From contig NC_090360.1 in the NCBI RefSeq assembly GCF_035084215.1, positions 16,740,001 to 16,804,000 of the forward strand: DNA of 64,000 bases, given 5' to 3'. The notes beneath the pieces are model-generated. The model was not told where the DNA came from, searched no databases, and saw nothing but the letters and a program-made list of their open reading frames with translations. The translations under genes were made by a program, and so were the position numbers. Every line of letters starts with the position of its first letter. Positions within the stretch are counted from its first letter, which is position 1. This document shows positions 38,398 to 51,882 of this stretch, piece by piece. Origin of the DNA: Heptranchias perlo (Eukaryota).

Positions 38398-38506
38398 CAG
38401 AATCAGATTGTGGCACATCTGTCATTAACGGAAGCCCGCTAGCAAAGAAATCCACAAGGATTGCAAAAACTTGAGGCGTTAGAACTTTCCATTCCACTTC
38501 ACTTTC
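38398..38506 (-). CDS. NFU1: NFU1-family exon 5 (109 nt)
   Basis: ttcacag| ... |gtaagg. ESEVEWKVLTPQVFAILVDFFASGLPLMTDVPQSDS(A). Confidence 0.95.
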
Positions 38507-38607
38507 CTGTGAATATTTAACGCTTTAATTAAATTAATCTTCTGTGCTATGTGCATATTTTAAATAAAGAGCAAAATACAATAATGAGGGTCAATAGTAA
38601 TGCTTAC

Positions 38608-38674
38608 CCTTGTTATTGTAATGAAATCCGGCCCAAAAAACACGCTTTTAACCCCTTCTATTTGGAATAGCTGC
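38608..38674 (-). CDS. NFU1: NFU1-family exon 4 (67 nt)
   Basis: tttttcag| ... |gtaagc. (K)[22 protein letters not shown]. Confidence 0.97.
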
Positions 38675-39479
38675 CTGAAAAAAATATAGTCATATGAGTG
38701 CCTCTTCCAAAAGTCTGAACAGCTTGCCTTTCAATTCAATATTGAACACTTTCTACATGGTTAAACACCATTACTATTTTCTGCTCATTGTACATTCACA
38801 CCATATTATAATTTTAACTCCCCCGTTACAAGCTGCAGCTCTGGCCACTTATGATTTTGATTTGGAAGGGAAGATTTATATTTGTGCCAAAACACAACAT
38901 TTCTGCCGAGAAACTTAAAAGAAATTAGGGTAAAAGCACACAGGATGTTTGGATCTCTCCTTATAGCAACTGGACTATGCAGCTTGACGATGCAAACAGG
39001 AAATTCTTTTATGACCTGAATGCAGAAAGTCTAGAATCTGCTCCAATGAAAACTGTGATTAGGTGCCACAGTACACATCGTAAAATGATTTAAAACATTG
39101 TAGGACAGAGATAACATGGGCTTTTTACAAGAGAGCAGTAGCAGGTTGTTTAGGTGCCAAACAACCTGAAGTTATTCCTTTCAGTGACAAGGCTATCCGC
39201 TACAATTTTAAATTCTATACCGGTTTCCCCCCCTGCCCAAGTAAGAAACCTATATGTAGAAAGATGATAAGGTTACATTGTCAGAGAAACCAAGGTTTGG
39301 TTAGCCAATGGTACCTGAATTCTCTGGAAGAGACTTCAAGAGAACCCGAGGTATTCCTTAAGGTATACAAAAATATACTTGCGTATGCCGCATTCCACAT
39401 ACAAGATAAGCCCCCTACATTCCAATCCAAAAATCTCCAAAGATGTATGACCCACTTATAAGACAAGGGTCAACATTAG

Positions 39480-39912
39480 GTCTCAGCCGTGACTCAGTGG
39501 GCTCGCTTCGGAGCCAGAAGGTCATGGGTACAACTCCCACTCCATAGACTTAAGCACATAATCTAAGCTAGCACTTCAGCGCAGTACTGAGGGAGTGCTA
39601 CACTGTTGGAGGTGCTGTCTTTTGGATGAGACAGTACACTGAGGCCCTGCCTGCCCTCTCAAGTGGACATTAAAGATTCCATGAAGAGCAGGGGAGTTTT
39701 CCCAGTGTCCTGGCCAACATTTATCCCTTAACCAAAATTATCTGGTCATTTGTTTCATTGCTGTTTGTGGGACCTTGCTGTGTGCAAATTGGATGCTGCG
39801 TTTTCTACATTACATCGGTGAATACCCTTCATAAGTACTTAATTGGCTGTAAAGAGCTTTGGGACATTGAGGTGGTAAAATGCACTACATAAATGCAAGT
39901 CTTTCTTTCTTT
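39480..39912 (+). mobile_element. Deu-domain SINE copy
   Basis: tcagccgtgactcagtggg head, core, and tacataaatgcaagtctttctttc tail. Confidence 0.85.
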
Positions 39913-39976
39913 TTACAACAGTACCATAAGGCCCCACATCTTGCAGCCCTACCTAGGTTAAACTGGCTATACTTAC

Positions 39977-40112
39977 TTGGCTAGAGGTGAGCAGTGAGCG
40001 GCACTGACATTTGGAAAATCAATGCTTCCCGATGATACAATTTCACGACCAGTAAGAAACTTTATGCTGTTAGGATTTGGTGTGTCCTGGGTCTGTATCG
40101 CCATGAATCGTA
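39977..40112 (-). CDS. NFU1: NFU1-family exon 3 (136 nt), Nfu N-terminal domain
   Basis: ttttatag| ... |gtaagt. (V)[44 protein letters not shown](K). Confidence 0.97.
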
Positions 40113-41417
40113 CTATAAAAGAAAATATTACACTTCAGAATATTTACTACAGCTGGATTCTTACATTCCATCATGTTAATTGGTGTATCCATCAGTTTCC
40201 TAACATCTGAGTACACAGCAATAGTAAATAAATGTGCACGTGTGCGCACACACACACACACACACGAGACTTCAATCATTTGTCCAATTATCCGCCAATC
40301 TTTCCAGCAAGATAAAATTGTACTTCAACATGCAGCAGGAAGAGGCCAATCCTTTTAACCAGGCCTTGGGCAGACTCTATACTGAGCGTAGTGAAGGAAC
40401 TGGTAATTGTGCTACAATCGTGACTCTTGTTTTTACCAGTGCATTTTGAACAGCTGCGATCGGGATGGCCTCCAACTACATTGCCATTCCACTTGCTACT
40501 TTGAGAGGTTTCAGCAGTGGCCATTGCTGCATTCTGCCAGAATCTTCCAGATACTAAAGCACTGCATCAGTTAATCCTGGCCAGGAATGGACAGACATGT
40601 TGACAGACACTACTGCCGATCAATAGTTAGTTGGTTTTGGGTACTCCCATTATCGAATTTTAATTCTCCATTCTGATGGATAATGGAGGTTCCATTTTAC
40701 AGTAAATTCTAAGACCTTGCTGACAATCTCAGAGCGGCTATTAGACAGCTTTTGCGCGAAAAGAGAACTTGCACTGTTGTACTCGACGTTGCTCTTCTGA
40801 GGATGGAGATTGAAGCAAATTAGGAACTTTACTCTGCATTTGGTCTGTAGCAATGTTTCAAGTTCCCAAGCATTGCCCTTCCTTTATCTTGGTAACAGGT
40901 GAGACAGAAAAAAGAAACAAATTTTATACCGTGTAATTCATCAGTGCTTCACAAAGAATAACTTTCTAGTTCCATTCACTGCTCAAACCAACCATCTCTC
41001 ACTAATGAGAACAATCGATAACTTGTTACAAATAAAAAATGATCCTGGCAAAAAAAGTTCCCAAAGACACTAGGTACTAAAAATAAATCATAGCATGCCA
41101 TTTGTAATACTTATTTTTATTCCAGCTACACAAAGTACTGAGTAAAGATGCATTTAAGAGCTTAAGATGTTCCAATCCAATGATGTGGCACAGAAGTAGA
41201 ACAAGGACATTTGAACTCCTGATTGAGATGTTGTACAGCCTGGATGCAGCAGTTTTACTTCAGTTTATTACAAAGTTCCAGAATTAACAATCACAAGGCA
41301 ACTAATCCAGTTTGCTACAGACTTTGCATTGTTGCCGTCGCATTATTTTGCAATGCCTACTGCAAAAGTGCAAGTTTGCTTTTGCCTCTAAGATAGTCAT
41401 CAAACATTAAAATTTAG

Positions 41418-41770
41418 AAGGAAAGAAAGAACTTGCATTTACCTAGGACCTTTCTTGACCTCAGGACATCCCAAATTGCTTCACATCTAATGAAGCACTT
41501 TTGAGATGTAGTCACAGTTGAAATGTAGGGAACACGGCAGCCAATTTGTACTCAGCAAGGTCCCACAAACAGCAATGCAATAAATGACTTGTCAATCCAC
41601 TTTTTGTGATGTTGGTCAAGATACTAGGTGAACTCCCAGCTCTTAAGAGTCATGAGATCTTTAACATATACCTGAACCACCAAAACACCTGAATAACCAC
41701 CGACAATGCGGTACTCCTTCAGTACATAGGTCTTGGCCGTTTGGCTCAAACCCACAGCATCAGAGTGGAG
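41418..41770 (-). mobile_element. Deu-domain SINE copy (degraded)
   Basis: gaaagaacttgcattta...ggcagccaatttg...cagcaaggtcccacaaacagcaatg. Confidence 0.75.
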
Positions 41771-43284
41771 AGCATGACCAGCTAAGCTAAGCTGATACGT
41801 AATGCTCTGAACCAGCTGGAGATCAACCCAGATAAGTCACCGAATAGACCTTTTCTGCCAGGAAACTTGACGTGACGGGTCCTTTTTATAGACTCTATTT
41901 TGATTGGCAAAAGCAGTTGAGTCGGAGCCACCACCTTCAGGGAAGCAGGTGTAGGACCAAAAAATAAGAAAAAATTCAAGGCAAAGAAAAGATACAATTT
42001 TTATTTAGGTATTGGACAATTCTTCCCAGAGGCGATTGCGAATGTAAACACAAGGTATATTGTCTTTCCAGGGAACTCTACCTCTGCCCCAAATTCTCCA
42101 TCCAATACCAAGTATTAGACTTCGCTCTAATTTTTCTGGGTCCTATACAAATGACATCAGAGGTGCAGTTGGCCTAAAAAATGGTCTCCTCGTTCCACCC
42201 CATATTAATGCTAGGATCAATAAATCGCCAACAATCGATGTCCAATCACAGTAATCAAAATATAAAACCTTGGTGTCCGCAAACAACATTCCATTTCTAG
42301 TATGAGAACGGGTAACACTCAATTCTCCTCTTTAGAACCCACTGGAGAACTTTGGGTCAGCCTCTGCCAACACATATAGATCCTGACCTGAATAGAATCA
42401 GCCAGCATCTCACTGCTCCAACCCAGCACATGCTAGGGCCCCAAACTGATCTAATCCCAGATGAAGGGTTGGGCAGTCAAGGTATGAATGGGCATAAGCT
42501 GCTTTTATGTTTTTCTTGTGCTGTCAACTCTCAAGGTGCAGATCTAGTGCAACCAGCGGTACCCAAAAGCTGAACAATGCAGATTTTTAAAAAATATATA
42601 TTTTTTAAATTAGTGCCCAGAAGACTTGGGCTATTCTTTAAAACTGGGTCTTCCTTGAGCGAGTTAATGTGTTGATCTAGCAGCACCAGCATGTTTACTG
42701 GTCTTAATATCATAACCTCAGTACATCATGCCTGTGCACTGGCCGAACTATCACAGTCTGTGCACCTGCAAAGTTCACAGGGTAGGCATTTGAGAAAAAA
42801 CTGCACTATTCCCATGTAAATGGAGGGAGTTAGACAGCTCTCTCGAGACTGAGGCAACTTTCTGAAATCCCTAAGGTGTCTCAAAAAGGTACAATCAACT
42901 CTCAATGACATTACTGCTGCCAGAAATCTGCAAAAAAGCGCAGAATTAATTTATATAAACGGTTCCAGGACCGCCCTTCACTGCAAGATTCCAACCATCA
43001 CAGATAGTTGCCGGCATCTTGAGTAAGTGACAACATGGAATTGCAATCCAGAATTCAGTCAGATAAACAATAAAATTGGGGATTAATCATTCAAATGGTT
43101 GCTACCTAATTTATGCAGTTAACAAGTTTCCATAATTCACTGCTTCATCAGGGCAAAAAAAAGGGGTGCAGTAGGTCATAAGAGTTACCAGATCTCAGCT
43201 ACAATTCTTGGCTTCAAAGATATGTTTGTTGTTGAGCTCAGCAGAGTAACTGATGAAGTATTGACACTATTATTATATAGTCGA

Positions 43285-43710
43285 ACATGGCAGCCAATTT
43301 GCAACAGCATAGCCCGACAAACAGCAAATGAATGAATGATAATGCTTTAGGTGGTGTTGATTGAGGAAAGAATGTTGGCCAGGACACCGGGAGAACCACC
43401 TACTCTTCTCTGAATAGTGCCATGGGATCTTTTACGTCTACCCAAACAGACAAACAGGGACTCGGTTTAACGTCTCATCCGAAAGACGAAATGCAGCACT
43501 TTTTCAGCAGTATACAGAAGGTGCTACATAAATGCAAGTTATCGCTGTTGATGTTGAAGAAGCCATGCCCCTCTACCAACACCACCCAAAACAAAATAAC
43601 TGGCCATTCATCTCACTGCTGTTTGTGAAACATTGCTTGGTGTGGAATAGAGGTCACGTTTGCTTACATAACAGCAGTCATTGCACCTCAAAAGTAATTC
43701 ATTGCGTTGC
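43285..43710. mobile_element. Deu-domain SINE fragments in both orientations
   Basis: ctcggtttaacgtctcatccgaaagacg (minus) followed by plus-strand tail and core pieces. Confidence 0.7.
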
Positions 43711-44231
43711 AATCTAATTAGGTTCTGTATAAATGGAAATATAATTTATTCTAGGCCATCAATAGTAGTTGTAAAGAATTACAAATTTTTCGCCTCAATT
43801 TTTTTTCCTTTATCCTAGTGGCAAGCCTGGTAGATTATTTTGTAGGCTACAGACAGATTTAAAAGGAGTTGTAATCTTCTGTTAAATCTTTGCTTCTTTC
43901 TGTACAGCCATAATCAATAGGTATACTTAATCTGCTATTTAAACAAGTGACAGGGAATTTGGGAAAACCAGAGAGCCTTTAAAGCTCTTCATATCAGCAC
44001 ATGCTCCACATCTTGCTTTTTCCTGCTGCTGGGCATTATTGACAATAGTCAAACAATTGTTCTACGTTTAGGTTATGTTACAAATCAGTTTATGGAGCAG
44101 ATATCAGTAGTGAGTCTGAGTAATAACTGCGCTGCTGAAAGTACCCATAACACACTTTCATTCCAATATTTAATATCAGAACATTTATTAGAATTTGAGC
44201 ATTTTTGCAGCTCACCTGTGTGTTTTTTTTA

Positions 44232-44420
44232 AAATTCATTCATGGGATGTGGACGTCGCTGGCAAGGCCAGCATTTATTGCCCATTCCTAATTGCCCTTG
44301 AGAAGGTGGTGGTGAGGCGCTGCCTTGAACCGGTGCAGTCCGTGTGGTGAAGGTTCTCCCACAGTGCTGTTAGGTAGGGAGTTCCAGGATTTTGACCCAG
44401 TGATATTTTGACCCAGTCAC
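44232..44420 (-). mobile_element. LINE 3' end (same family as 20750-21082)
   Basis: gcatttattgcccattcctaattgcccttgagaaggtggtggtgag. Confidence 0.85.
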
Positions 44421-46574
44421 ATTGAAAACAATTTAAAATATTTCTGGCAGCCAAGCATGCTACTTATACATGGAAATCTAATTTATAGGGATGTAGCATA
44501 AAGAAATATATATGGTCTCTTCTTCATGTGAGCGATATTGACGATGTCAATTTGAGTCTGCCTACACCTTAACCAGACACTTTCCTCCCCTCGTCCCCAA
44601 AAATACATTGCTGCATACTCACTAAGCTATTCATAAAAAGAAAAATTCTGTCCTGCTAAAATAAGCAAAATCGCCAGAGGTTTCATTGTGATATTTTACC
44701 AATAAAATAAAATTACCTAATCAAGATTAAGCCACATTACAACTATGGGTGAGAGTGGTCAGTATTGCATACAATCGTAATTTACTGACAAGATGAGCTA
44801 TCTCTACCATCTAGTGGCTGCAACTAGTGGCTGCAGATCAATATTAAAAAAGCAGAATTGCATGGAACTTCTTGTAGTGTAAAGTGCAACAAAAACTTTC
44901 ACAAAATATATTTTAAATATAAGGAATTAAATGGAAAAACTGCAGTTGACATTTTTCAATGTGTCACTTTTAAAAATAAAACATTTTTGTATAGCAAAGC
45001 ATTAGACTCTGCAATATTGCCTATGAATGATTTAGTTACACTGTAACTTTAATCATGGCACTTTGATAAATCTTTAAGTGCATGAATATGAAAATGGCAA
45101 AAGAATTAAGTTGTACTTAAGCTCTGCAGCATCTCTGATGCAAATTGACACCCTTTCACTGAACAGAGATTTACTCCATCAACGAACAGTGCTGTGATGT
45201 ATGGTAAGTTGCTTTAGGAGAGACAAGCTCCTTAACACATTGACAGAAATATCACACACCGCTGAAAATGTAATAGGAAGAATGCATGTCGATGATTAGT
45301 CGGGGTATCATCTCGTACAGACACAGGACTGCCATGGTACAGCGGAACAACAAAATCAGTCAAAATCAATTAAATCTAACACACTTGAATGTTATACTGA
45401 GACTTACATTGAATCTTAACCAAGGGCATCATTCATGCTTTCAAAGGGTAAATGCCAATTAATGAATATGTAAATGAAAAATAATGTTCTTTTAAATATC
45501 TGCTGGCATTTTGCTGCCATTTGGACTAATATGGTAACATTCACATGACAGCTCAATAGCAAAGGCTACGTGCTGACTAACATGAATGTCAGCTACCATG
45601 ACAGGCTGTCAATAAACTTCATCAGTATTTTAACTCGCTTTGAAAGTTTTCATTAAGGCTTGATGTTTACAAAGATAAATGAGGTTTTCAACAAAAGTTG
45701 CGCATTTAAAGCCAACAGGATGGGAGTCTACATAATCTACACTTCATAACAGTAATCTTCATTTTAGGCCATATTAAATCATCCATAATGTCTAAGACGG
45801 AAAGGCAAATCTGTTTAAAAGTAGCTGGTACATCATAATAGTCAAAATAGAAAGGCAAATCAGTTATCAGCATTGTAATCAGTCATTTGGATTTGTTTTA
45901 AAACATTCCTACATCACTTTGGATTAAAAATCAATTGTTGCCATCTACATTACGTTGAGAATAAGCTGCAAATACCTATGACACTTGTGTAAACAATTAT
46001 TTATTCTCAATACAAGGAAATGGAACAGATGATACTTGAACATACATTAGCGGTCACTCCTCAAAAGAAAGTTGTGTTAACATTTATAATGTATTCAATT
46101 ATTTCAGAATCCACATTATTCACACATATACATATAAATCTATGTTACAAAAAAGTGCACATTTCTTGTCCATCACACTTGTAGTGTCATACTCACATTT
46201 GTCATACTTTTTTTAAAAAAAGGAACTCTCCAAGAGCCAAAACATCAGAGCCAGAATATATGCAGCCTTTTAACTGACTATTGTAGGAACTTACTCAGTG
46301 TTTCCTCAACAGCAACTAGACACCCCTACACTTTAGCAGAATACATTGGGTTTTATCATGAGTAGTAACATGGAAGATTTGCAAATAACATATTATAAAT
46401 GGCTCATTAGCACATTCAAACATCACAGTTTTTTTACAAATGCAAAACAATCTTAAAATGAATGTTTTTCCCCTCTGAATGGCCTCAGTCAGTATCTGTT
46501 CACTTAACAATTTGTAATCAATTAACCTATTTATATAAGTGAAACTAGGATTAACTGTATTAACAGCAAAAGAT

Positions 46575-46950
46575 GTTTTACTCCTATTTCTCTGTCCTCT
46601 CCTCTTCTGAAAGCTCTGACTCTTGCTGGGGTACAGTTCCATGGGTGCCAGCAGCCTTGTAGTACCTTGACCAAATAGCTATTCTTAGTGTGTGAGCCTG
46701 AACAATATCAGCAGGCTACTCCAGAGCATCACAAGAGCCAAACCTTGTCCTCGCTCAACATCCACACATACTTTCCAGTGGTATTCATTAGATGGTCATC
46801 AGGAACAGGAACCATGTTCCTCCCCACCCCCTCCCTTCCTGGCCCAGATGCTTCAAAGCCAATTATAGCAGCTCCACTGTGGCTCCAACCAAGGTCAGGT
46901 ATCCCAGATCAGGGTTCGAACTTGTGACCTGTGTGGCTGAGCACCACAGT
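46575..46950 (-). mobile_element. tRNA-headed SINE-like element
   Basis: B-box-like ggttcgaac near 46912. The body resembles the fragments at 4260-4460 and 12020-12130. Confidence 0.4.
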
Positions 46951-48846
46951 AAGGAGTCCGTGCAAAATATACTTTAAAGGGGAAAGCCTCAGAATCCTTT
47001 TTACGTTACAGAACGTAATCCCTTTGCCATATTTGAATACTTTTGTTTAAACATCACCTGCTGATATAATTAAGGAAGGTATTGACTAGAAACAGTTCCT
47101 GAAGCTTAGAATTGAACTCTCTCAGGGTATATTTACACAGGATGTTTAGTGCCAGGGCAAAGCAATTTGCTTTGTACTGATGTTAAACTTGCAGTGTAAA
47201 TCTGACCTAATCCGGAATGAAGCAAATTGAAACTCCATGGAGGTGGTAATCTCAAACCACTTCAGTTTGACACCTTATACAGTGCAAATCAATGTGGTGT
47301 CAAACCTGGTTCACAAAATGTCAGGAGATCTATTGGCCCTTATCTTAAGTTGCAAATGCTTTGAATAACAGGGTTTTCCCCAAGGATGTGGAGAACCATT
47401 TAAGGAATGCCGTCCCTGCAGTCCAACAGCCAGTTCCTGGTTGGGGCAAGGCATATGCCTTTTGAAGTGTAGGGCTTGGGCCTGTTGGGTCAGGATGGGT
47501 GGGCGGGGAAAAGACCACCTTTGGCAATCTGTGGAACTGAGCTGGAAAGGGACAGGTTGGGAAAGAAAAACCAAGCTCGGAAGCGAGCCTTATAAGAAAA
47601 TAGCAGGATCAAGAAGAGAGCTTCTCATAGGTCCTTGGGGAAATAATCCTCACTGGCATCTTCCTGCACAATCCAACTCTTCCTAGCTCATCACTTCTAC
47701 TTTGCTATACTCTATGCATTGTTGGTTCCACTCTAACATTGGGTTTTGCCCTATAGCCTTCCTGCTCCTATATCTTTCACTATCCACCCTACTCTTGCCT
47801 GTGTCCCATTTTGTTGCTTCAGTTCTGCAGTGCTGCCATTTTTCCAGCCTCTGCTGGTTAACCTCTTACTGCTTTCGCACTAAAAATTCTATCCCTTACT
47901 CAATCACTTGCACCTCCTCCCATGACCTGACAACTGCAGCAGTTCACCCAATGCCCCACAAATCCACTGATCGCATGTCAACCTTACCACCTTCCTGTAT
48001 GCCTCTTTTGGTTAACCCATAAGGAGATACCAATGTCATCAACTCAAAAAATCTAACAAAAGTGCCCCTTTTTTTAAAAATGAGGGGCACAACTAATTGA
48101 CACCCAAATCATACAAAAGAAAAAAGGATACTTTTCAAATTAAATATTATTTCCAGTATTGACTATGCACTGCAGTCCCTGCGGTGCTGGATGCCATCAA
48201 GTCAAGCACTTTTCCACAAGCCATTCTGAATCACTCATCGTATACTCAGCTTCTTCCATTTCCTTTTTCCTGTCCTTCCTAACCCTCGCATCTGAACCCC
48301 TTCACCTATACACCCCACAGCATCATCCCAAAGTTCTGCAAGATGATTAATCCCTTCCCTGCAGCTGCTGACTGATCTTCACCAATTTCAGACAACAGTT
48401 TTGCTTTCAAAGAAAGCTTATAATGTAGAAGTTGGCAAATACATCATGTGTTGATAGCAGTTTGAAAACTAATGTGCTGGTAAAACCATGGAAGTTCAGT
48501 GGACTCAGGGGCAGGGAACAGTAACATGGCAGCACAGCAGAGGGATAAAACGGGTATGGGGGTGGGAAACCACAGGCCTAGGGAAAGGCAAAGGCAGAGG
48601 CCCAGCAGTGATAGGAAACCAGACTGATGGGTGGGAAGGGGAGGTGGCAGGCCCAAGGAGAAACAGCAGTCTACAGAAGTCAGAAACGGGTAAAGGGGAG
48701 TACGTGGGCATGGGAAAGAGACTTGGGCAATTTACTAAAATAGGTGGCAGGAAGGCCAGGAGAGGCGATAGCAGTACATGCCAAAAAAATGAGGATTTAA
48801 AACCTTAAAAATTGAAGTTGAAATTAAAATGAACATTGGAAAATGC

Positions 48847-49690
48847 AGTGTAACTGCTGCATCACCTCGAAGAATGGACATGGAAGACGCAATTTCCATG
48901 AGTAACAGCCCCACCTATGGTGGGAGGATGCAAGGACAACTAGAATGGTAAATATGGAGTTTCGCTTACTTAGTTAAGTGTTACTCAGGCACAATAGGGT
49001 CGTGAGAAAGTGTGACAGCAGGAACTGCATGCGGATGCAAGATTTAATATAAAACACAGACATGCACGTGTACATACATACAAGCACATATATATCCTGT
49101 AGCACTGCTCAAGATAAATCAAAGAATGTGCTAAACTTTGCCTGCTTTATTCATAACTAATTGGGAACTGCTTTTACCCTTATCCTGTGAAACTATTGAG
49201 ATAATCCATGTCACACAACAACCAAACAGTAAAGATTCCTTCAACTGAGCCAGGGAGTTCTAGTTCCTGTTGACAAATTCTGTGAGCGAGAAATGCTTAT
49301 TTATAAATTTCACTCCTTTCCTGTGGAACTATAATACCCGGAGTACACTACAACAATATCACAACAACCAAGTACACACACAGGGCAGAAAAAAAAGTTA
49401 ATTTAAACAAAAAGTTTTATATAGTTTAAACTGTTAAGTAACAGCTTAAGCTCAGAATTTATTTTATTCAGGGTTGTTCCCCCCCCACCCCCCCAACCAC
49501 CACCCCCCCTCACCCCACCACCCCCACACACGCACCCAAATCATTGAGGGCAACTGGTGTTTGCAGGTATCAATGATGCCTTAATTTTATTTTCATGGTT
49601 TATATGTACGAGTAGATCTGCTGTAGTGATACTCACGGGTAGTCAAGTACTTCAAACACGGTTTCTGATGCTCACCCTGGTGCAGCTCCT
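48847..49690 (+). repeat. Left arm of a rearranged inverted duplication
   Basis: Reverse complement matches 51102-51882 in blocks (see findings). Confidence 0.93.
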
Positions 49691-49834
49691 GGAGCAATCT
49701 AAATACATCAGAGCTTTCCCTATCACTGTAACACAGCAAATTTACTGAACCAATGTGTTGTTACTGAAAAATGTAGACCTCACTGATTTAATAAGTTATC
49801 TACCAAATTTCAAAACTTGCTCAAATTGCAAGCA

Positions 49835-50472
49835 TCGTGGTTCTTGGGTACAAAAAGTAATCAGAAAAGCCAATGGAATGTTAGCCTTTATCTTAAGGGG
49901 ATGGAATACAAAGGGGAGGAAGTAATGCTTCAGTTGTACAGAACCATGGTCAGACCCCATCTGAATTACTGCATTCAGTCTTGAGCACCACACCTCAGGA
50001 AAGATATATTGGCTTTGGAGGGGATGCAGAACAGATTCACCAAAATTAAGGGTTAAATTATGAAGGTAAGTTGCATAAACATGGCTTGTGTTCCCTTGTG
50101 TTTAGAAGGTTGAGGGGTGATCTAATTGAGATGTTTAAAATGATAAAGGGATTCGATAGGGTAAATATATCAAAACTATTTCCTCTGGTGGGGGAATCCA
50201 GAACAAGGGGGCATAATCTTAAAATTAGAGCTAGGCTATTCAGGAGTTAAATTAGGAAGCACTTTTTCAAGGGAGAGTGGAAATCTGGAACTTACTCCCT
50301 CAAAAGGCTGCGGATACTGGGTCAATTGAAATTTTGATAGATTGTTGTTAGGTAAGGGTATCAAGGGATATGGATCAAAGGCAGGCAAATTGAGTTGAGG
50401 TACAGATCGGCACGATCTGATTGAACAGCAGAACAGGCTAGAGGTAGTTGAATGGCCTACCCCTGTTCCTAT
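49835..50472 (+). mobile_element. CR1 LINE 3' fragment between the inverted arms
   Basis: aaagccaatggaatgttagcc...aggggtgatctaattgag...ggcctacccctgttcctat. Confidence 0.9.
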
Positions 50473-51101
50473 ATTGTTTCATCCTCAAAACCTCTTAATT
50501 ATAACGTATACTAATAAATCACCTGTGGCATTGCCCATGGTCAGCTGTTAAATATAAGTTTTTTTATATATAAGATGACAACTAAATTGGGAGAGAGACT
50601 TTAGAAGCTCATTCCAAAGTGCTGCCCAGTGGCCAGAACCTGCAACTACACTGTGACAGTCAACAGCAAAATTGAATGAGAAATGTTGATGTCGCAGTTT
50701 ACAAGGGTCACCAGAAAAAAGTGACCAAAAACCATGACAGCAGAAAATAAGCTTTGTGAACAGGAAATCCGGACCCTATGCAAGATCTTTAATAATATTT
50801 AGTAGATTAATATTTTGGCAGATTGTGTTTCTGCATTATTTACATGAGTACTTTTATTCATTCATCCCTCTTCCCTCATTTAAACCTTTTTTCCTCAGTT
50901 ATTCACACAATTATAAAATATATTTTGTTTCTCCGCATAATTCTTCACAATAGATTTGTAATTCTTGCTACTGTTGAGTCTCCAGTGACCAGCACTTTAC
51001 GAGATGGCCATTTACCATGGTTCAGGGCTGAATGATTCCCTCAGCTACAAAATCTGAGCTCCACATCAAAATGCATTATAAACATACTCCTCCAGCCCTG
51101 G

Positions 51102-51882
51102 TGCAAACACCAGTTGCCCTCAATGATGGAAAGAAAACTATCTTAAATAGCAGCTTAAGCTCAGAATTTTTTTATTCAACAGTTTAAACTATATAAAATG
51201 TTTTTATTCTGTTGCGTGTATGAACTTGGTTGTGACATTGTTGTAGTGTACTCCAGGTATTCTGGTTCACAGGAAAGGGGTAAAATTTATAAATGAGCAT
51301 TTCTCGCTCACAGAATTTGTCATCAGGAACTAGAACTCCCGGGCTCAGTTGAAGGATACTTTACTATTTGTTTGTGTGACATGGATTGTCTCAATAGTTT
51401 CACAGGATATGAGTAAAAGCAGTTCCCAATTAGTTATGAATATAGTGGGCACTTCCTGTCAGTTAAAGTTTTGCACATTCTTTGACTCATCATGAGCAAT
51501 GCCACAGGATATATATGTGCATGTACACGTCTGTATTTTATATTAAGTCTTGCATGCGCATACAATTCCTGCTGTCACACTTTCTCATGGCCCTATTGTG
51601 CCTGAGTAACACTTATCTAAGTAAGCCAAACTCCATATTTACCATTATACTTGTCTTTCCATCCTCCCACCATAGGTGGGGCTGTTACTCATGGAAATTG
51701 CATCTTCCACGTCCATTCTTCTAGGTGGCGCTGCAGTTACACTTTGTGCTACATGAAGGAGCTGGACCAGAATGAGCATCAGGAACCGTGCTCAAAGTCC
51801 TTGACTACCTGTGTGCATCACTACAGCAGATCTACTTGTACATATAAGCCACAAAAATAAAATTAAGGATCATTGATACCTG
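51102..51882 (-). repeat. Right arm of a rearranged inverted duplication
   Basis: e.g. 51733-51743 gcagttacact is the reverse complement of 48847-48857; 51102-51127 is the reverse complement of 49540-49565. Confidence 0.93.

Noticed and set aside
51300-51335. ctcacag|AATTTGTCATC resembling the start of GFPT exon 5 (EFVVIHNG)
   Set aside because: Reads EFVIRN* and diverges at once; wrong strand and position; part of the inverted duplication.
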